A DNA stretch of 64,000 bases, from NCBI GenBank assembly GCA_976551045.1, contig CDPCPM010000033.1, forward strand, positions 14,074,001 to 14,138,000, given 5' to 3'. This stretch comes from Glaucostegus cemiculus. Its lineage: Eukaryota. Of the stretch, positions 26,330 through 38,520 are shown one piece after another (positions within the stretch are counted from its first letter, which is position 1; each line of letters begins with the position of its first letter). The notes beneath the pieces were generated by a model. That model did no database searches. It had not been told where the DNA came from and saw only the letters and a program-made list of their open reading frames with translations. A program made the translations under genes and the position numbers.

Positions 26330-26477
26330 ATGAGTGGAATTTTGAAGCGCAAGTTTGAAGATGTTGAAGGAACCTCACCATGCTCTTCTGTAAGGGAGTC
26401 AGATGATGAAGTCTCTGGGAGCGAGAGTGCCGAGAGTGGTGACAGTGTCAACCCATCCACTTCCAGCCATTTTACTC
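26330..26477 (+). CDS. CSRNP3: CSRNP3 coding exon 1 (148 nt; probable acceptor ttgttacag at 26304)
   Basis: MSGILKRKFEDVEGTSPCSSVRESDDEVSGSESAESGDSVNPSTSSHFT matches the CSRNP3 N-terminus. Kozak-like gcaccATGa; donor C|gtaagt at 26478, phase 1. Confidence 0.95.
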
Positions 26478-27559
26478 GTAAGTATATTTTTAAATGTTCC
26501 ATGTCAAAACTGCCAGTGTTCTTTGCATCTCATGAGCCAGTAATTAATATTCCAGAATTCGTAGTCAATGATGAACATGCAGTATTTGTGGTTCATTTGA
26601 CTTTCAGTGGTTCATCAGACTGTCTATAGGCCTTTGCACTGGAAAGCAGTTAGTAGATACCTGAAGCAGCGTGGTATACTTCACAGGGAATCCAGAACCT
26701 GTGTGGAAAAAAGCAAACATCATATAATGGGTAAGGATTCTAACTGACTCATGCAGAACCTAAACTAGGAAATGTCAGTTAAAATATTTGATTAAATATA
26801 AGAACCATTGGCCAAAGTGAAATACAGAGAAGGAAGGTGAAATCAAGGAAGAGAGCCAAGGCATAACAAAAAGGAAGACAGTAAAGAAATTATATTTTTT
26901 TCAATGTTTGAAATCACCAATAGTATTTAAAGCTTGAAGAAATGAGACTCTATCCTTTGAAAATGAAATTTAGATGAGAAATGACAATTATAAAACTACA
27001 AATGCTAAAAATTTGAAATAAAAACACAAATCACTAGAAACAATCTACAAATGCTGCCTGAACTTGTTGAAAGGTCTTCATCTTGAAACCTTAGTTTTAT
27101 TTCTCATTCTGCAGATTTGTCTAACTTGCTGGATGTTTCTATTTTTATTTTACTTGATATTAAAAACTAGCATGCTATTAAAGTTTCACTTCCAATGAAA
27201 TGGACAAGCCAAACTCTGATGTAGTTAGTAAATATCTGTGGGTAAATATCATCAATTTACATCCTTCTGTGAGTACTTATGTAATTGTGCAGATGTTGGA
27301 AGTTCCAGTTTGACTTGCTCCGTAATAGCACTGAGAGCTGATAGCAATACCATTTCCTTTGTGCAAAGCTCATGCTATCATTTTCATACCTGAGTGTTCT
27401 GGGATTTCTGAAAGGGTTGAATTTGCTTCTCTTTCCTGCCGCTTTCTGCTCCACCGGTGAACTTCCTTCCAACTTAAGGACAAAAGTGGGAATGTTCCAA
27501 AATGATTAAACAATGTTCACTTCCATTTGCAGCTCTGTGGAAAATGAAGCAATTCACAC

Positions 27560-28090
27560 TTAAACAGAGCGTGACCTAGATAGTAATTAATTATGGACTT
27601 ATAATTGACAAGTAACATTTATATCACACTAGTACCAGGCAATGACTATCTCCAACAAGAAAATGTCTAATTACCTGCTCTTAACATTCAAGGACATTAC
27701 CATCACCAAATCTCTTTCTATCGGTATCCTATGGGTCAACGTTGACCAGAGTTTCAAACGGACCAGTAACACACATGCTGAATTTCCTAGAACAAGCCAG
27801 AGACTAGGCATCCTGCAGCAGATTGCTCATTTCCAGACACCCCAAAATCTTTCCATCCTCTGTGAAGCAGAAGTCAAGAGTGTGATGCAATACTCTCACT
27901 TACCTGGATGCATTCAAGTCCAACAACAGTCAAGGAAATCAACACCATCCAGGACAAAGCTGTCTATCCAAAACCATTACCTTTCACTTTCTCTGCCAGT
28001 GGAGTGTACGGTCTATAACATGCACTGCAGTTACACTAATATCACGTCCCAAACCTGTGACTCTACTACCAAGAAAGACACAGATAATTG
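27560..28090 (+). mobile_element. CR1/L2-group LINE 3' region (degenerate)
   Basis: ORF TISNKK...LTFKDITIT.S.SI.ILWVNVDQ...SQRLGILQQ..VKSVMQYS. Relatives at 30000-30220 (+), 36350-36850 (-) and 61680-61990 (+). Confidence 0.7.
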
Positions 28091-31000
28091 TACTCAATCA
28101 TTATAGTTTGATTCCATACAAACCTCTTGAGTCCTCTGATACTAGGTGAGGGATGGCAAAGCTAACTAAATGTTTTCTTTATTTATGGATTGCAAATTTC
28201 TCTGCCATATGCCACCCCTCGCTGACATCATGCGAAATTACAGCACTAGTTTCCCCACACAGGCTGACAGTAATCAGCTCCAGCTCATCACCACTCTCCA
28301 TTATCCTGGACTATAAAACTGCTTCTTTTTCATCCTGTGATGGATGATCAGAGGTTTCCTGTACAGAAATATTGGGAATATTGAAGCCATTATAATTTGT
28401 GCCCATCTCAAACCATGTTCATCATCGGTAGCTCCCATTTTCTTCATCTCACTGGCATGTCCTGCTGTCTTTGGGGTTAGAAGGTGCACAGGTGGGTGGT
28501 TGGAGTGACCCCAACAATTATGCCCTGAATGTCCACCTCCATTGGCACAACGTAGCATCAGCCATATGAGATGTGTGGTGTCTTTTCCCATCCGTCACCC
28601 ACTGAAAAGCAAACTCACTGTTCGGGAACTGATACTTCAGTGACATTCATAGCTAGTGATCACATTTTAAAGATTGCCCTTTTTGTGTGACTTAGCTTTT
28701 AGTGCAGTTTCTATAAGTAGACAAGCAATATGCAAATGTCGAATTACATTTTGTACACATTAGAAAATGGCTTCCATATAGCCCTAGTTAATCCTTGCCA
28801 GACCCTTGTGCAACATAGTTTTTGTGCACATTTTCCATTAAATGTCTAGGTATTGTATCATTTATACATTTTTTTAGCCATGTATTAAGATTAATTAAAG
28901 TTACCATACCAAATTAAAATAATTATAATAACGTAACCTTTCTGCACCCTTCATCCTGGCTGTCTAGGCCTTGGAATTAAACTAAAGGCATATATTCAAC
29001 CAAATCTGTCAATATTCATTTGAGAGCAGATGAAATTTTACCCTAAAAATCGACTGACCGGCCAGTGAGACATAAGGTTTAGATAATGGGTGTAACTGAG
29101 GTCATATTCACTCAGAATTCATTTTATTAATAGCATTGCTAAATTAATAAAGTTCACTGAATTAAGATTTTCTTTTGAGGGCTACAAATAATTATATCAA
29201 TCAATATATTTGCATGAAATTACATTTTTATTCATTCTTGGTACAATATTCTTAAATAAAATATGTTTATGTGTAGATATCTGATGATGATTTAATGGTA
29301 GTATAGTGCATATTAAATTATGAAATAGGAGCATATGTTATCAGCATTCTGTGCTTGTAGCATAGTGCTGAGTGGATGCTCTCATCACCTATGTTTGGTT
29401 TATTAAACAGTATTAAAAGAAAAATTTTGACCTCTTTCATTTTTAACAGTTCTTTCAACTTAAGATAATTTTATTTTGCTTTTCATTCAGTTTAAATCTT
29501 TCTTGGTGTATTTTCAGTTCTAGTTGTTTTGTTTTAGTTGCAATTATCTTTGTTTAGTCTCTTGCTTTTGAGTGGAGACTTCTGTTCCCTGCCTCACCCC
29601 CACTCTCAGTACTATGGCTGTTGTATGTCCCTGAAATAAGTGATCAGCACCAGAAATATGCACAATTTGGTCTTAACTCATTTGAGCATCCCACATAAAA
29701 ATCAACCGATTATTGGTCAAAGGTCCTGAGACGTTTGACAGATGATCCTTAAAGGCACCAATGGAGGTTTCTGACTAAAGGTTTAGAAGGTTTCCATAAT
29801 TTTTCTTACGGAAGTGCTGCAGGTTGTTCCTAGCTCATGCTCACTGCCCACCCCTACCGCTTTGCCTCTTCCTCCGGTCACAAGTGAGCTGTCCAAAATG
29901 TTTAAGACCACACATTGTTCGTTTACTCTGCTCTCTGATTTCATGTGAATGAAACAACTGACATGTTTCAGTAGGATTTCATGAGGACATGTCTAGGTGG
30001 GAATGCCCTCTCGGTTTCTTTCCAAGTCACAAACCACCTTGACTTAGAAATACATCACCATTCTTTCATCATCATTTGAACTCCCTACTAAACAGCATTA
30101 AAGCAGCACCTTCACCATAAAGACTGTGGCAGTTCAAAAAGGTGACCACCTCAATCTTCAGATCTACATTTAAAGGCAGGAAATAATCATTAGCTTCCCT
30201 AGAAATAGCCGTATCCTGTAAATGGACAAATAAAAGTGGGAGTTGGTAAGAAAAGTATTTTTTTTAAATGTCATGTGAGGGTTTTCAATTGACTTTGAAA
30301 AAGTTCTCTAACACAGGCCTTGTCTGTTTAATATTAAAACTGTAAATCTAGATTTTTTGTTGATTATGGAAAGATTTGAATTTTAACTTGCACATCTTGT
30401 AGTTATTTAAGAAAATTGATTTAGATGAAGTACCAGATATTTTATGAAAGACTAAAAGCCCTTTATGCTTCCATAATTGATGTGATTGCTGATATTGAAA
30501 TATAAAAATGAAGTTTTTGAATGCTTCAGTATATTTTCATAAGCCCATCTGTCATTGCTACATTGCTAATAATTAATTCCTTAGAAATATGCATGAAACA
30601 TAAAGCTCAGAAGAATTAGCCATCAGTATCAAATTATGTAGAACTTGTCAATATTCAAACACCTCTCAGTTCACGTCCTGCTTAGCAATTTATTTGTTCT
30701 ATGATGATCACCATTTTAAGAATAGTTGCTAATTTACCGCAGTTCCCTGCCACACTGCTGGTCCAGAAGGGAAATTAAACCCATTGTTACGAAGCAAACT
30801 AATACCTTTCTAACAGATTGCTTCACTTGTTTTTTTTTGTAAATACTGTCTGTCAGCGTGAAATGGACATATAAAATCTCCAGTTTCTCACACCATTATA
30901 GTTCCAGTGCCTCTGTGGTGAGACGCTGAATTTGAGCATTCCTGAAGCCTTTTTTCATGCAATTCTAAACAGTTGGTTCTCATGGATATTGGCCGAGGTC

Positions 31001-32609
31001 TGACGGCAGGTTACTTAGTCACAGTTGGCATATAACCAACCTTAAATAAAAGACACAAGAACAGGAAGTTGTTGTAAAAACATGAGCTATATCCCACATA
31101 TAAACTAATGTGCTGACCAGCATGCACCTTTGCGTGTTTTGTGGTAGAAGTTTTAAATGATGCCTCACATTGTCTTTCAAGTCTGGAATAATCACTTAAA
31201 AACTGATATAAACCTAATTTTTTCAAGTGATTACCAATACAGTAATTGAAAGATTTTGTAGACCCACAATAATGTGTAGATTACATTGGGAAACTATAAA
31301 ACCCACATTAGTGTTGGATTTTTAACCAGGAATTTCAATAATAGCACCATCTGATATTTGTACTTGTGTTTTCCTTGGTAAATGAGATTGTGGATCTTTG
31401 CTGTAATATCCATGAAATGATTTTTCAACAAGTAATATGGGTGATGAGATACAATTGTCAAATCACTAACTCAATTCTCTTTAGTAAAATCATCACTTGG
31501 TTAGTTAAAGTTATCCCACTAATAGCATCAGGAAAAGCCAGTCCTGAATTCACATTGTGTTTCTCATTAATTTAGCTCAGGATTTACAAAATCCCTGTAA
31601 AATTTGTAACCGTGGAGCACATTTGAAGTATTATCTTTGATGTCTGTCAGCTAGTCTTTTTCTAAGTAAGCAGATGTGTTACACTTGTTTTAACCAAGCT
31701 TTTGGCATGTTCCTTTTTTTTGTGTGGCTGAGGCAATATTAGGAAGTGCTTATGTTTTGGAGGTCAGCCAGAATTCATGCTTGCCAGATGTTAGTTCTTG
31801 AGGACTCCTCCTCCTAGTTTTAAAGATATTTTTATGTCTCCGTAAAGATTTCTACTTCCATTTCTTCAATACATACATAATAGAGAAAGAGAAACAGAAT
31901 GAATCAATATCTTTTTCCACTTTTTATTTTTCAGCCAAATTGCAAAAGCAAAAAGTAACCCAATGTGATAGCTGTGGTTCATACCTTAAGAAATTCAACA
32001 CTGGTCTTAAATTATGAAATAATAAATTATCATAATAGAACATCTTGATATATTTTCACTACATTATTTCACATGTACTGTAATTTTGAATACTGTACAG
32101 GAGAGCTGTTGGAAAGTACGTCAACTAATTTTATGAACCCCAGAATATGTTTGAATGATTGGATATATTACAGGATTTGAGATAAATTGATAGATTGATG
32201 CTGGCATGCAGTTATCAACCATACATGAAGCAGAGTATTCTTCATATATTTAAGTAATTGGTGTGCAGCCACATCACTCAAATTAAACCTACAGTACAGT
32301 TTTAACAAGAAGTGGAAAATTTGGTCATCTTGGACAATTAAATGCTGGCTCAGCCCATGATGCCCACGTGAATACATGAAAAAAACCTGGGATTGAATCT
32401 GGTTGGCAAATTGCAAGAAAATATTGTCTCACTTGTCTAAAGATGACAGCTGGGTTTGCCCAAAGCCTCACCTGACAACAAATCAACAAGTTATTTCAGG
32501 GTCAATAGCAGAAGCTGATTTTAAAATCCAATGTAAACTATCCAAACCACTTTTTTTGTTGAAATTTTTTGTTGTCGATGCAAAAACTAGGAGAATGTAT
32601 GTTTTCATG

Positions 32610-33240
32610 CTTTCTTACAACAGGCAGGTAATAATGCATCTTCAAAGGCTTTGCTGAAATCCATGTAGCAATCTTCTTTGTTATCTCTTCAAAAGAAAAC
32701 CTCAGGTTTATGAGACATGTTTTCCCATACACATTCTGACTATCCCTTATCAGTACTTGCCTTTGCAACTGCTGGTAGTTTCTGTCCCTCAGATCCCCTC
32801 CGGTAACTTTCCCACCACTTGTTCTTGTAGCCCTTCTTAGAGAATGGCACAATATTAATCATCCTCCAGTATCTTTTATCCAGTACCTCATCCATGGCTA
32901 ACAATGATGCAAATATCTCTGGCAGCTTTCCTGCTATTTCTTCCCTAAATTCCCACAATGTCCTAAGGTCAGGTCGCAGGGATTTATCCACCTTTATGTG
33001 GTTTAAGACTGCCAGAACCTCCTTTGTAATGTGAATATGTTCCAATACATCACTACTCATCTCCCTTAATTCCTTTGCTTCCATAACCTTTTCCAGGGTA
33101 AATATGAATGAAAGCTATTCACTTAACACCTCACCCATCTCCTGTGGCTCCACACAAAGATGACCACATTGACCCTTAAGAAGACCTATTCTTTTCCCAG
33201 ATACCCTTTTATACTTAGTATACTTGTTGAATCTCCAGGA
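32610..33240 (-). mobile_element. CR1 LINE ORF2 fragment
   Basis: Minus ORF LEHIHITKEVLAVLNHIKVDKS..PD.RTLWEFREEIAG.L.EIFAS. Confidence 0.85.
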
Positions 33241-33711
33241 TTTTTACAGCAGTCTTGATTAAATGTTTTCAAACTGAAACAGCACTGGAACTTTTTTTTT
33301 GGTATCAATGCTTTCTACACCTCTCCCCACCCCCTTTGAGCCTTCAGGCCAAAGATCATTCCTTTCTGGAATCTCACTCAGTTAAAGCCTTTCCCCATTT
33401 AGTGGTGTCTGTGTGCTAATGCCAGTGGACTCTGAGTCGCTGGAAGAGGAGACTACCTGCTGAAACGAAGGCTGGGGAATTCAGTTCCAGGGTGTGGTGA
33501 GAGATCGACTCTACCTGTGAGTCAACAGTGGGAAGGTTAGCTATTCTGTAATTGGTGAGGGACTCTAAAAATCTGCTCACCCTCTGACATGAAACAATGG
33601 TAAGTAATGACAGTTACAACAGTAACTCCTTTTTGCTGGTTAGACATTCTGGCCTATTAGTTTTAAAGGGTGATGGTTCATTGTGGCTTTATTGCATTGG
33701 TACAGTATGCT

Positions 33712-33850
33712 CATAGACTCACAGAGTTATACAGCATGGAAATAGGCCTTTTGGTCCAACTTGTCCATGCCGACCAAGATGCCTACCTGAACTTTTCTTA
33801 TTTACCTGTGTTTGGTCTAGATCCCTCTAAACCTTTCCTATCCATGTACA
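33712..33850 (-). mobile_element. CR1 3' tail fragment
   Basis: catagactcacagagttatacagcatggaaataggccttttggtccaac is the reverse complement of a CR1/HE1-type tail. Confidence 0.65.
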
Positions 33851-35018
33851 CATACCTTGCCAAAACTCCCCCGTAGATGAAAGTGTGCTGGTTGTATTAT
33901 GGTGTGACCCTTTAAAGGATATTTCAATACTTGCTGAGATTAAAAGCTATGAGAAAAGGTACTATTAACATGGAAAATTCAGCCACTAACCCCTGCTATT
34001 TCTGAAAGTGCCCTTAATGAACTTTACAATTTTCTTCATTAGAACTTTTTAAAATGGTGTTAGGATGACAGTTAATGCTGATTTGAAACTGGCAAAGTAA
34101 GTAAAGGTGAACTTCTAAGCTAATAACTTTAAATCATTCGAAACTGCACTCAAATAAATTAAGCTTATCGAAATATATGGTTGCATTTGCATCTCAATTC
34201 TGGTCACATTTCCAGTAGATTTTGTTGAATACAAAGAGGCAGAAGTGCAGGTATTAAAGTTGTAGAATGCCTGGGGTTATGTATGAACTATTGGACTTGA
34301 GTTAATATGATGAAGGTTTATATCTCAAAAGGTAATTATGCACTGCACCCCAAGTATTTTATAATTTAACCGAAAATTATAGGGGTAACTATAAACATAA
34401 ACTCTTTCCGAAGCTACTTACATAAATGCTCCTGCATTCATAGAACTTTCTTTTTTGCCATCTCAGGAAAAGTGTATAAAGTTATAAAAAAAACAAAATT
34501 CAAACAAAGGTATCATGAACTGCACTTAATGTATACTCACATCTTTTTTGCAAAATAAAAGCCTTGCACCATGAATAGATGCAAGCACAATAGCACAGAA
34601 TAATAAAAGTGCACAGAATTTCAGCCAAAGGAAAGCTAATGCTGTATCTGCTCTTCCACAGTCAACATTACTTTGTATGACTACCTTCCCTTCAAATATA
34701 TAGGAATGTATAAACAGTAAAAGCCATTGTAACCAGTTTCTGTTGACAAAATTGTTGATGGGAATGTTGATACTTTTTTGAGAAATTTATTATATATTTG
34801 ACCCACTAAAGGATCACTGAGCATCCTTATCCTTAAAATGGATATTTTCAACTTCCTTGAACTCTTATTTTTTGGATAGTTCCCAAATGTAATCAGTCTC
34901 CAGGGCCTAATAGAAGCAGCTATTTTTCATTACATATCAACAGACTGTGTCAGCTTGTAAGTAGTGAATTCTAGCTGTGTCTGGCCCCGTCTATTCATGA
35001 TTCTTGTAAAAGAATACA

Positions 35019-35069
35019 TGTGTCAGTTAGACATAGATAATGTGCTGTCCCCCTGGCTAGGAACACTGG
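35019..35069 (-). repeat. intronic inverted copy of CSRNP3 exon 2 core (pairs with 35510-35560)
   Basis: Its reverse complement matches the exon at 42/51 nt with no gaps; it translates as SVPSQGDSTLSMSN*H versus exon SVPSQGGSTLGMSNRH. Confidence 0.9.
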
Positions 35070-35413
35070 GATACCCTACCTCAACTAAGTGGAGTGCTGA
35101 TTGATTTTTTTTACTCCTCTGTAGACTGAGGACACTGTGGAAACGATATTGCCAATTACCCTCCTGACCCATATAGCTAAAAGTACAACAGATAGTACAT
35201 TTCATCCACTAAGTCAGGGAAACATTTATATAGCATTTACCACAGTTTTAGATAATCACCTAAGAGTAGGTGTTGCCAATTTAATAATGTTAAACTTTGC
35301 CCACAAAGAATCATTAACTTGTCTCAGATTTTCAAAACAAGTACCTCTTTCATCTATTGTGGTTAATGTGTGGAAAATAGTGTCTGAACTAATTTACCTT
35401 TGTACACTTCCAG

Positions 35414-35673
35414 CATCATCTATTCTGAAAAGGGAGAAGCGGATGAGGACAAAGAATGTTCGCTTTGACTATGTGACTGTGTATTACTTCACACGGAGAC
35501 AGGGCTTCACCAGTGTTCCCAGCCAGGGGGGCAGCACGCTGGGTATGTCCAACCGACACAAGTGTGTACGACAATACACACTTGGGGAATTTGCACTGGA
35601 ACAAGAGAGACTCCACGGGGAGATGCTGAAAGAGCATCTGAAGGAGGAAAAGTTGAATTCATTAAAACTGAAG
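35414..35673 (+). CDS. CSRNP3: CSRNP3 coding exon 2 (260 nt)
   Basis: Acceptor cttccag|ca, donor aag|gtatga. Encodes PSSILKREKRMRTKNVRFDYVTVYYFTRRQGFTSVPSQGGSTLGM...KEEKLNSLKLK, including SILK and RVxF-like PP1-docking motifs. Frame is continuous with exons 1 and 3. Confidence 0.97.
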
Positions 35674-36349
35674 GTATGACAACTTCCTTATATATTAAAA
35701 CTCAAATAATATGGCATCTGGTTGTTCAGAAATCCTGACAGTCCAGCATCCCAAGCTTATTCATTAGCCAGGGCTCCAGAAAGTAAACCTTGTGTTCAGC
35801 AAGAGCCAGAGATCTGGAGTACTTGGCTGTTTCTCACTTTTAAACTCACCATGTTCACTGGAAAATTTATTATACCACTGTGTGTGCAACATGTTAAAAA
35901 AGTGAAATAAAAGTATGTTTGGATATTAATCGGAACAATGTCCAGACCAAAGCCCCAAAGGTGCCAGATTATCGGAATGTCATTATACATCCCTATTTGA
36001 AATATATGTAGTGGTTGTGAAGTTGTATAGTTTGTGGAGATCACATGTTTAAAACCATGAAGGATTATTTGCAAGTGAATATTGGAGTGGTCTCTTCTTG
36101 CATTTTGCAGAATTTTTAAACTTAAAGTGCAATTCATGGACCCAAATCTACATTAACAGAAAAACCAATACACCTTGATTTAATCAAAAGTCCTGTTACC
36201 AATCTCAAACAACACTGATCTGCAACCAGCTTTGATTTGTCTCACTTGGTTGATCATAGCAGTAACCAACTGAGGAGATGACTTGATTGCTCCTCTTTGG
36301 GTAAATCTTTGGATCAGCATCATAGTGCACACCAGCCCCTCAACTGGTG

Positions 36350-36850
36350 TATTTTTTATTTAATCATTTTTGATATCTTTGCATTGCTGGCAAGGAGAGA
36401 GCTTAATGTCCATCCTAATTACCTTTGAAGGTACTGGTGGGCCATCTTTCCCTGAATGTATTCCCACTAAGCTGTTGGGCAGGGAGTTCCAGGACTTAGA
36501 CAAGTGGACATGTAAGGGCACTGATACATTTCTAATGATGGTGTGCAACTTGGAAGGAATCTGTAACTTGGAAGTGTTCCCAAGCAGCCTTCTGCCCTTG
36601 CTGTTTTTGGTGGTAGACCTCACAGGTTAGGGAAGTGCTGTCGAAGTAGCCTGAGTAACTGCAGTGCATTTTTGTAGATGGTATGCACTACAGCCACTGT
36701 GTGCCAATTATAGAGAAAATGGATGTTTAGGGTGATGAATGGAGTGCTAATCAAGTGGGCTGCTTTGTTGGAGCTGCATTCATCCAGGTAGACCAGCAGA
36801 CAGTATTCCATCATCTCCTGATTAGTGCATTGTAGATGGTGGAAGGGTCT
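36350..36850 (-). mobile_element. CR1/L2-group LINE 3' end (same family as 27560-28090)
   Basis: Minus ORFs SKSWNSLPNSLVG and MEYCLL..LDECSSN. Confidence 0.7.
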
Positions 36851-36894
36851 CCTTTTATTTTGCTTCTGTCATTTGAAATGTAGGTAAAAACCTT

Positions 36895-38520
36895 GAGGAA
36901 GATCTTCTTCAATTTCTTTCACTTTCTCCAAGTCAAAGGTATACCTCTGGAAATTTATATGGGGCCAAGCTATGCTTGTCTTTTAACTGCATACATGCAT
37001 TACCCACCTTTTACTTTAAATACTTCTGATGATCCACCTTCCAACATCCTCGTTTTAGTTCTGTTTATGTTGCTTCCTCCTTTCTCCCTGGCAGTCATGG
37101 AGCACTTTGGCTCTAGTGACCATAATTCTGTTAGTTTTAAGATAGTGATGGAAAAGGATAGGACAGCTCCACCAGAGCAGGGCTCACTTGGGGGAACTAG
37201 GCAGGATTTACAGAGGTCGATTGGGTGAGCCCTCTTGAAGGGAAAGGGATGAATAGTAAGTGGAAGGATTTTAAGAGTGTGATATCAGGAGTCCAGGAAC
37301 AGCATGTTCCTGTTAGGTTGAAGGGTAAACCTGGCAAGTTTAGGGAACCTTGGCTGACGAGATATATAGAGGTTCTGGTTAAGAAAAAGGAAGCATATCT
37401 TAGGTTCAGGAAGTCAGGGACGAGTGAATTTCTTGATGACTATAAGAAGATTAAGAATTAAGAGGGAAATCAAGAGGGTAAAGAGAGGGTATGAGATGGA
37501 TCTGGCAGGTAAGGTTAAGGAAAATTCCAAGAGGTTCTACAGCTATATTAAGAGTAAAAGGGTGGGTCAGGAGAGAGTAGATCCCCTTAGAGATCAGCAG
37601 GGCCACCTATGTCTTGAGCCGCAAGATTTGGGTTGGATTTTTAACAAATATTTCTCCTTGGTGTTTACTGAGTAGAAAATCGTGGTTGCTCAAGAGATAA
37701 GGGAAACAAGTGGAGATATTTTGGAGGACGTTCATATTACTAGGAAGGAGGAATTTTCAGCCTTAGAGTGCATTAAGGTGGAGAAATCCCCAGGGCCTGA
37801 CCGAGTGCATCCTTGGACTTTGCGGAAAACCAGAGGAGAAATTGTGAAGGCCCTTGCGGAGATGTTTGCTTCATCGTTAGACACTGCTGAAGTTCCTGAA
37901 GACTGGAAGGTGGCCCTGCCATTTAATATGATTATAGTTGATTTATGCTGGCCTCAAATCCTCTTCTCCATACCCCTCTATTCCTCGATCTATCAAATAT
38001 TTATCCATCTCCATTTTAAATACTTCTAATGCTCCAGTTTCTACCAGGGGCAGACAATCCCAGGGATATCGAAGAGACTAAATGTAGATTGGATAACTGC
38101 TTTGTAGAACTCATCAGTCCACAAAGACAACCTTGAACTTGAACCTGTTACTTTAATTCTCAGTCTCACTCCCACTTTGACTTCTGGCTTCAACCTTCTA
38201 TGCAGTTCCAAAAATGCCCAATGTAAACATGAAGAAGAATAATCATCTTCTGTCTGGGCACATTGCGGTCCTCAGGACTTAATATTGAATTTAACAAATT
38301 TTCTCTCTTTCCACACATGTAGTTGTACCTTCCTGTTTCAATTTGCATCACTTTTCCTTTTTGTCTCATTTTTTAAAAAGTAATGGTTATCTTAACAACT
38401 TTGCTCTGCACCTTATCTCAGACATTCCTTCTGAACTCCACACCACACCAACTGAAAACACGCCTAATTTCTCACTTATCCAGCTCTAGTCCAGAGCATT
38501 TGACCTAGAATTACCTGACA
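36895..38520 (+). mobile_element. fragmented Penelope-like element (RT and GIY-YIG remnants) with a nested CR1
   Basis: HFLQVKG.....MGPSYACL at 36920-36985 is a Penelope RT motif. atcttctgtctgggcacattgcggtcctcaggacttaatattgaattt (IFCLGTLRSSGLNIEF) at 38245-38290 resembles the ORF end. Confidence 0.65.
37090..37915 (+). mobile_element. CR1 LINE ORF2 internal fragment
   Basis: EHFGSSDHNSVSFKIVMEKD, EPWLTR, KENSKRFYSYIKSKR, KSPGPDRVHP, EVPEDWKVA. Confidence 0.9.

Noticed and set aside
35023-35205. Minus-strand 60-aa ORF ending in SVPSQGDSTLSMSN as a second CSRNP gene or exon
   Set aside because: Similarity is limited to about 17 codons and ends in an in-frame stop, with no other exons. Treated as an inverted non-coding copy.
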